From the NCBI GenBank assembly GCA_046598045.1, contig JBKJJJ010000049.1:1-14375 (forward strand): a stretch of 14,375 bases of DNA. Reading direction: 5' to 3'. Made by a program: the position numbers and the translations under genes. The first letter of the stretch is position 1; every line of letters starts with the position of its first letter. This DNA is from Candidatus Eiseniibacteriota bacterium (lineage in GTDB: Bacteria; Eisenbacteria; RBG-16-71-46; DASYSL01). The notes under the pieces were generated by a model. The model saw only the letters and a list, made by a program, of their open reading frames with translations, had not been told where the DNA came from and ran no database searches. Of this stretch, positions 9,984 to 14,375 are shown one piece after another.

Positions 9984-10829
9984 ATGATCCTCCTTCTCGC
10001 CCTGCTCGCGTTCGCCTCGCCCGCTCCGTTCGGAGCGGCATCTGCGTTCGCGCAAGCCGCCCCCGCCGATACCACCGCGCCGATGCACCTGGGCAAGGCG
10101 CGCGCCTTCGTCACCGACGAGGCGGACGCGCTCTCGGCCCAGGGCCAGGAGCGCATCGAGCGCTATTGTGGCAAGGTCGAGCAGGCGCTCGGCGTGCAGT
10201 TCGCGGTCGCGATCATCCCCCGGCTGGGCAACGAGACGATCGACGAGTACGCGGTCCGGCAATTCAAGGACTGGGGCGTCGGCGGGGCGAAGCAGGACGA
10301 GGGCCTCCTGCTCGCGGTCGCGCTCGAGGACCACAAGGTGCGCTTCGAGATCGGCTACGGCCTGGAGGGCGTGCTGCCCGACGGGCGCGTGGGCACGATC
10401 ATCCGGCAGGTGATCACGCCCGCGTTCCGCGCCGGCGACTTCGACGGCGGCGTGCTCGACGCGCTCGTGGCCGCGGCAAAGTTCATCGCCGAGGACAAGG
10501 GACTGCCGCCCCCGCTGCCCGATGATCAGCCCGTACACCGGAGGACGCGCGGGGAGCGCATCCCGTTCGCGGCGGTGATCCTCCTGCTCTTCTTCGTGCT
10601 GTACATGATTTCGTTGTCGTCGCGTGGCGGGCGTGGCGGCCGCGGCGGGCGCGGCGGCGGCTGGGGCGGCATGGGCCCGTGGATCGGTGGCGGCATGGGG
10701 GGCGGCAACTGGGGCGGTGGTGGTGGTTGGAGCGGCGGCGGCGGTTTCGGCGGCGGCTCGTCGGGTGGTGGCTTCGGCGGTTTCGGTGGAGGCGCCTCCG
10801 GTGGTGGCGGCGCCTCGGGTAGCTGGTAG
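9984..10829 (+). CDS. TPM-domain (YgcG / TLP18.3-Psb32-MOLO1) protein with signal peptide, one TM and Gly-rich tail
   Basis: Signal peptide; FVTDEADALS, WGVGGAKQDEGLLLAVALEDHKVRFEIGYGLEGVLPDG, ITPAFRAGDFDGG; TM IPFAAVILLLFFVLYMI; ends GGFGGFGGGASGGGGASGSW. Confidence 0.95.
   Translation: MILLLALLAFASPAPFGAASAFAQAAPADTTAPMHLGKARAFVTDEADALSAQGQERIERYCGKVEQALGVQFAVAIIPRLGNETIDEYAVRQFKDWGVGGAKQDEGLLLAVALEDHKVRFEIGYGLEGVLPDGRVGTIIRQVITPAFRAGDFDGGVLDALVAAAKFIAEDKGLPPPLPDDQPVHRRTRGERIPFAAVILLLFFVLYMISLSSRGGRGGRGGRGGGWGGMGPWIGGGMGGGNWGGGGGWSGGGGFGGGSSGGGFGGFGGGASGGGGASGSW
10623..10658 (+). repeat. Four tandem 9-bp units encoding (RGG)4 in the TPM protein tail
   Basis: cgtggcggg cgtggcggc cgcggcggg cgcggcggc, in frame within the CDS. 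Confidence 0.8.
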
Positions 10830-10859
10830 ACGGGCGCGACGCGCGCCGGGGAGGAACGC

Positions 10860-11477
10860 ATGAAGGGTGGACTCGCAATCCTGGCCGTCGTGGCCGTGCT
10901 CGTGCTGGCGGTCGGCGGCTGGGCCGTGGGCAACTACAACGGCCTCGTGAACAAGAAGGTCGAGGTCGAGAAGGCGCTGGCCGACGTGGACAACAACCTC
11001 CAGCGCCGGAATGACCTGATCCCGAACCTGGTCGAGACCGTCAAGGGCATCGCCGCGCAGGAAGTCACCGTGTTCGGCGAGATCGCGAACGCCCGCGCCG
11101 CGATGGCGGGCGCGAAGACCCCCGAGCAGAAGTTCGCCGCCGGAAACCAGATGGATGGCGCGCTCGGCCGGCTGCTGGTCGTGATCGAGAACTACCCGCA
11201 GCTCAAGTCGCAGGAAAACTTCATGAAGCTGCAGGACGAACTGGCGGGCACCGAGAATCGCCTGTCGATCTCGCGCCAGCGCTACAACGAGGTCGTGGGC
11301 GACTTCAACGGCATGGTGCGGCGCTTCCCGACGAACCTGTTCGCGGGGATGTTCGGGTTCAAGGAGCAGCCGTTCTACCAGGTGCCCGAGGCCGCGAAGG
11401 CGGTGCCCAAGGTCCAGTTCCCGGGCGCGGTCACGCCCGGTGCGGCGCCCACGCCGACGCCGGCGGGCGGGAAGTAG
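10860..11477 (+). CDS. lemA: LemA family membrane protein
   Basis: N-terminal TM, YNGLV, LQRRNDLIPNLVETVKG, ENYPQLKSQENFMKLQDELAGTENRLSISRQRYN, FPTNLFAGMFGF; GGAGG RBS at 10850-10854. Confidence 0.97.
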   Translation: MKGGLAILAVVAVLVLAVGGWAVGNYNGLVNKKVEVEKALADVDNNLQRRNDLIPNLVETVKGIAAQEVTVFGEIANARAAMAGAKTPEQKFAAGNQMDGALGRLLVVIENYPQLKSQENFMKLQDELAGTENRLSISRQRYNEVVGDFNGMVRRFPTNLFAGMFGFKEQPFYQVPEAAKAVPKVQFPGAVTPGAAPTPTPAGGK

Positions 11478-11496
11478 CAGACGCTTCGACACGCTT

Positions 11497-11535
11497 GAAC
11501 GGGGGGTGGGCCGCAAGGTCCACCCCCGTTCGTTT
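11497..11535 (+). terminator. Probable intrinsic terminator after lemA
   Basis: GAACGGGGGGTGGGCC-GCAA-GGTCCACCCCCGTTC then GTTT: about 15-bp stem (one G-U pair, one bulged G) with a GNRA loop and a short U-tract. Confidence 0.75.
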
Positions 11536-11565
11536 GCGCTGGCGACGCCGCGCCCAAGCCCTGTG

Positions 11566-11571
11566 TACACT
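11566..11571 (+). promoter_or_regulatory. Candidate -10 element for a leaderless PKS transcript
   Basis: TACACT lies 6 nt before ATG 11578, just downstream of the lemA terminator; no SD; only a weak -35 (GCGACG 11542-11547). Confidence 0.5.
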
Positions 11572-11577
11572 CGGACC

Positions 11578-12657
11578 ATGGCGTCCACCTTCCCGCGACT
11601 GCTCTCCCTGGCGACCGCTGTCCCCCCGCACGTCATGTCCCAGGAGGAGGGCAAGGCGTTCGCAGAGTCCCTCTTCGCGTCCCGCGGACTCGCCGACGCG
11701 CGCATGCTCGCGGTGTTCGATCACACCTCGGTCGCCTCGCGGCACATCTGCGTGCCGCTCGAGTGGCTCGAGACCGAGCACTCTTTCGGCGAGAAGAACG
11801 ACCTCTACATCAAGCACGCGCTCGCACTCGCGAGCGAGGCCGCCGGGCGCGCCATCGAGCGGGCGGGCCTCGGGCCCCACGATGTCGATCACATCGTGTT
11901 CGTCTCCACCACCGGCCTCGCCACGCCGACGCTCGATGCGCGCATGGCGAACGCGCTCGGCTTTCGGCGCGACGTCAGGCGTACGCCGCTCTGGGGCCTC
12001 GGCTGCGCGGGCGGCGCTGCGGGCGTGTCGCGCGCATTGGACTTCGCGCGCGCGGATCCGGCCGCGCGCATCCTCGTGGTCGCGGTCGAGCTGTGCAGCC
12101 TCGCGTTCCAGCCGGAGGACGAGCTCAAGCTCGGGATGGTCTCGGCGTCACTGTTCGCCGATGGCGCCGCGGCGGCGATCATCGCGGGCGCGAGCGTACC
12201 GGGCCCGAACGGGACCGGGCTCGAGCTCGTCGGCGGGCACAGCGTGCTGTGGCCGGACTCGCTCGGCGTGATGGGCTGGAACTTCGATCAGGCCGGCTTC
12301 CACCTCGTGATGACGCGCGAGATCCCCTCGACGCTCGAGAGCTGGCTGCGCCCCGCGCTCGAGGAATTCCTGGCGCGCCACGGACACACGCTCGCTGACG
12401 TGGCACACGTCGTGCCGCACCCCGGCGGCGGCAAGGTGCTCGACGCGATGACCGCGGCGCTCGGCCTCGGCGACACCGCGCTGCACCACGCGCGCGACGT
12501 GCTGCGCGAGTACGGCAACATGTCCTCACCCACCTGCCTGTTCGTGCTCGAGCGCTTCCTCGCGTCCGGCGACCTCGAGCCGGGCGACCTCGCGCTGATG
12601 ACCGGGCTCGGCCCCGGGTTCGCGGCGGAGTCGGTGCTGATGCGCGTGCCCGCGTGA
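11578..12657 (+). CDS. Type III polyketide synthase (chalcone synthase-like; BpsA/SrsA alkylresorcinol/alkylpyrone type), 359 aa
   Basis: LATAVPPH, VFVSTTGLATPTLDAR, GLGCAGG (catalytic Cys 12004-12006), ELCSL, HPGG (His 12418-12420), YGNMSS (Asn 12517-12519), GPGF. Confidence 0.96.
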   Translation: MASTFPRLLSLATAVPPHVMSQEEGKAFAESLFASRGLADARMLAVFDHTSVASRHICVPLEWLETEHSFGEKNDLYIKHALALASEAAGRAIERAGLGPHDVDHIVFVSTTGLATPTLDARMANALGFRRDVRRTPLWGLGCAGGAAGVSRALDFARADPAARILVVAVELCSLAFQPEDELKLGMVSASLFADGAAAAIIAGASVPGPNGTGLELVGGHSVLWPDSLGVMGWNFDQAGFHLVMTREIPSTLESWLRPALEEFLARHGHTLADVAHVVPHPGGGKVLDAMTAALGLGDTALHHARDVLREYGNMSSPTCLFVLERFLASGDLEPGDLALMTGLGPGFAAESVLMRVPA

Positions 12658-13166
12658 GCCCCTGGACGCTCGCCCTCGCCTTCACCGCGCTCCTCGTCGT
12701 GCAACGTTTGATCGAGCTCCGGATCTCCGCGCGCCACGTCGAACAACTGCGCGCGCGCGGCGCGGTGGAATTCGGGCGCGGACACTTCTGGATGTTCGTG
12801 GTGGTCCACACGCTGCTCGCGCTCGGGATCCTCGCCGAGGTGGCGTGGCTCGGCGCGCGGCCGGGCGCACTGTGGCCGCTGTGGGCTTTGCTGCTCGCGG
12901 GCGCGCAGGTGCTGCGCTACGCCGCGATCCGCGCGCTGGGGCCGTTCTGGAACGTGCGGGTTTGGGTCGTTCCGGGCGCGGAACTCGTGCGGCGGGGCCC
13001 CTATCGCTACCTCGGGCACCCGAACTACGTCGCGGTCGTGATCGAGTTGATTGCCGCGCCGATGCTGTTCGGCGCGTGGCGAACCGCGGTGGTCGTGAGC
13101 GCCCTCAACGCGATCGCGCTGACGGTGCGAATCCGCTGCGAGGAGCGCGCGTTGGGGCGCGCCTAG
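12654..13166 (+). CDS. Isoprenylcysteine carboxyl methyltransferase family protein (BpsB/SrsB-like)
   Basis: QRLIELRIS...GAVEFGRGH, LGPFWNVRV, GPYRYLGHPNYVAVVIE, RIRCEERAL; GTGA overlap with the PKS stop suggests translational coupling. Confidence 0.94.
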   Translation: MSPWTLALAFTALLVVQRLIELRISARHVEQLRARGAVEFGRGHFWMFVVVHTLLALGILAEVAWLGARPGALWPLWALLLAGAQVLRYAAIRALGPFWNVRVWVVPGAELVRRGPYRYLGHPNYVAVVIELIAAPMLFGAWRTAVVVSALNAIALTVRIRCEERALGRA

Positions 13167-14375
13167 GCGGCGGGCTTGGCGGGTACGACCACGAGATCGA
13201 CACTGCCCCGGCGCACCAGTTCGTCGAGCGCCTGCGTGACCTGGCGGTCGTAGCCTCGGCCCGGCTTGGCCTCGGCGAAGAAGCGCTGGAGCGCGTCCGG
13301 CGCGGCGCGGCCGGGGCCGTGCCCCTCGAGATAATGGAAGTACGCCTCCGACACCGCCAGGATTTCCAGCTCGAGAGCGGCGCCGTCACTCGTCGTCCAC
13401 GCGCCGATCGGCGCATCCGCCGGCGCGACCGCGCGGGCGAGCGCGTCCGCGCGCACCGCGAGCGCCGCGCGCTCCTCCATGCCCAACTCGCGCGCGATCG
13501 ACGCGGCGAGGTCGGCCGTGCCGCGCGCGCGGGCGCCGGCGGCCGGGTCCAACGCCTCGATCGCGGGCAGCAGCGCGGACAGCGCACGCAGGTACATCTG
13601 CTCCGCCGAGTGATGGAGCCGCGTGTTGTCGAGCGCGGTCGCGCCCGCGGTGCTCAGGCTGTGCGCAATCTCGAGCTCGGCCAGGTTGAACATGCCGCCC
13701 GCGAGCTTCTCGAGCGCGATCGCGAGGCCGACGACGCGGCCGCGCGTCACCAGCGGCACGCACAGCGCGACCCCCGCGGTCACCAGCGGGCGAAGGTCGG
13801 CCTCGAGCTCGGGGAAGCGCTCGAGCTCCTCGCGCCGCACGGGGCGATCGAGCCCCGCAACCAGCCGAATGAGCTCGCTGTCCTCGGCGACCGAGACGCG
13901 CGCGAGTTCGGGCGGAGTGTACGCCGGCGTGCCGACCGCGCTCAGGCGGCCGTCGCTGCCGGGGACGAGCAGCGCCGCGCCCGGCACACCGAGGTGATTG
14001 ACGAGCGTGTAGAGGAACGTGCCCGCGACATCCTCGACGCGGCGCGCGCCCGACAACTCCTGCGAGAGCGCAAGGAACGATTCTTTGAGCCACAGTTCCT
14101 TGCGCAGGTCCTGGTTCAGGCGGCGCAGGTCCTCGCGTGAGCGCTCCACCTCGGCGGCGAGCTCCCTCTGGCGGCGCACGAGCGCCTTGTTCTCCTCGCC
14201 GCGCACGAGCAGGCGGCGCACCCGCGCGATCAGCTCCTTGGGCGAGAATGGCTTCGCGAGGTAGTCATCGGCCCCGCGCGCGATCCGGCGCGAGCCGGGC
14301 ATGCAGCACCTGCCGGTCATCCTCGTCTCCGCGCTCGCCGAGACCGAGTCGCGCATCGCCGGCCTCGCGCGCGGG
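13163..14375 (-). CDS. Response regulator, 5'-incomplete: receiver C-terminus, coiled coil, GAF, degenerate HD-GYP-like domain
   Basis: GADDYLAKPFSPKELIARVRRLL (REC beta5/alpha5); GAF-like LCVPLVTRGRVVGLAIA...FNLAELEIAHSLSTAGATALDNTRLH; HD-GYP-like entry ALLPAIEALDP. Frame is open to the window edge; the ATG at 14356 is not the real start. Confidence 0.85.
   Translation of the reverse strand, partial: PRARPAMRDSVSASAETRMTGRCCMPGSRRIARGADDYLAKPFSPKELIARVRRLLVRGEENKALVRRQRELAAEVERSREDLRRLNQDLRKELWLKESFLALSQELSGARRVEDVAGTFLYTLVNHLGVPGAALLVPGSDGRLSAVGTPAYTPPELARVSVAEDSELIRLVAGLDRPVRREELERFPELEADLRPLVTAGVALCVPLVTRGRVVGLAIALEKLAGGMFNLAELEIAHSLSTAGATALDNTRLHHSAEQMYLRALSALLPAIEALDPAAGARARGTADLAASIARELGMEERAALAVRADALARAVAPADAPIGAWTTSDGAALELEILAVSEAYFHYLEGHGPGRAAPDALQRFFAEAKPGRGYDRQVTQALDELVRRGSVDLVVVPAKPAA
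14273..14375. repeat. 11-bp inverted repeats flanking an 81-bp inverted receiver-domain segment
   Basis: CCCGCGCGCGA (14273-14283) and TCGCGCGCGGG (14365-14375) are exact reverse complements. The plus strand from 14280 reads AIRREPGMQHLPVILVSALAETESRIAGLARG, the receiver segment that should precede ADDYLAKPF on the minus strand. Confidence 0.9.

Noticed and set aside
10660..10825. GGC/GGT-rich repeats as a VNTR, CRISPR or G-quadruplex element
   Set aside because: Fully explained by Gly codons of the TPM tail; no repeat-spacer structure.
11497..11535. Hairpin as a riboswitch, ncRNA or REP element
   Set aside because: Single copy, simple stem right after the lemA stop; a terminator is the simpler explanation.
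14300..14356. ATG 14356 as start of the response regulator, with a novel Cys-Cys N-terminus
   Set aside because: This stretch is the reverse complement of normal receiver-coding sequence; the real start lies beyond the window.

Overview
GC-rich bacterial chromosomal DNA with no mobile element, RNA gene or CRISPR array visible. Positions 1-6055 (minus strand) hold an F-type ATP synthase operon: atpZ/gene-1, an in-frame AtpI-AtpB fusion, atpE, atpF, atpH, atpA, atpG and the 5' part of atpD. The c-subunit looks proton-coupled, and a sigma70-type promoter lies at 6140-6169. Divergently on the plus strand are a DUF2339-type polytopic membrane protein with internal ~134-aa repeats, a cassette of nucleotidyltransferase-fold protein, TPM-domain protein and LemA closed by a strong hairpin, and a type III PKS plus ICMT-family methyltransferase pair (bpsAB/srsAB-like). 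The right end holds a convergent, incomplete response regulator (REC, coiled coil, GAF, degenerate HD-GYP). An 81-bp piece of its receiver domain is inverted between 11-bp inverted repeats at the window edge, which is either an intragenic inversion or a fold-back/assembly artefact. The most notable items are the AtpI-subunit a fusion with an internal signal-peptide/lipobox-like segment, the intragenic inversion, and the NTase(DxN)-TPM-LemA module with candidate leaderless and ECF promoters. Family calls come from motif recognition by eye; no searches were run.
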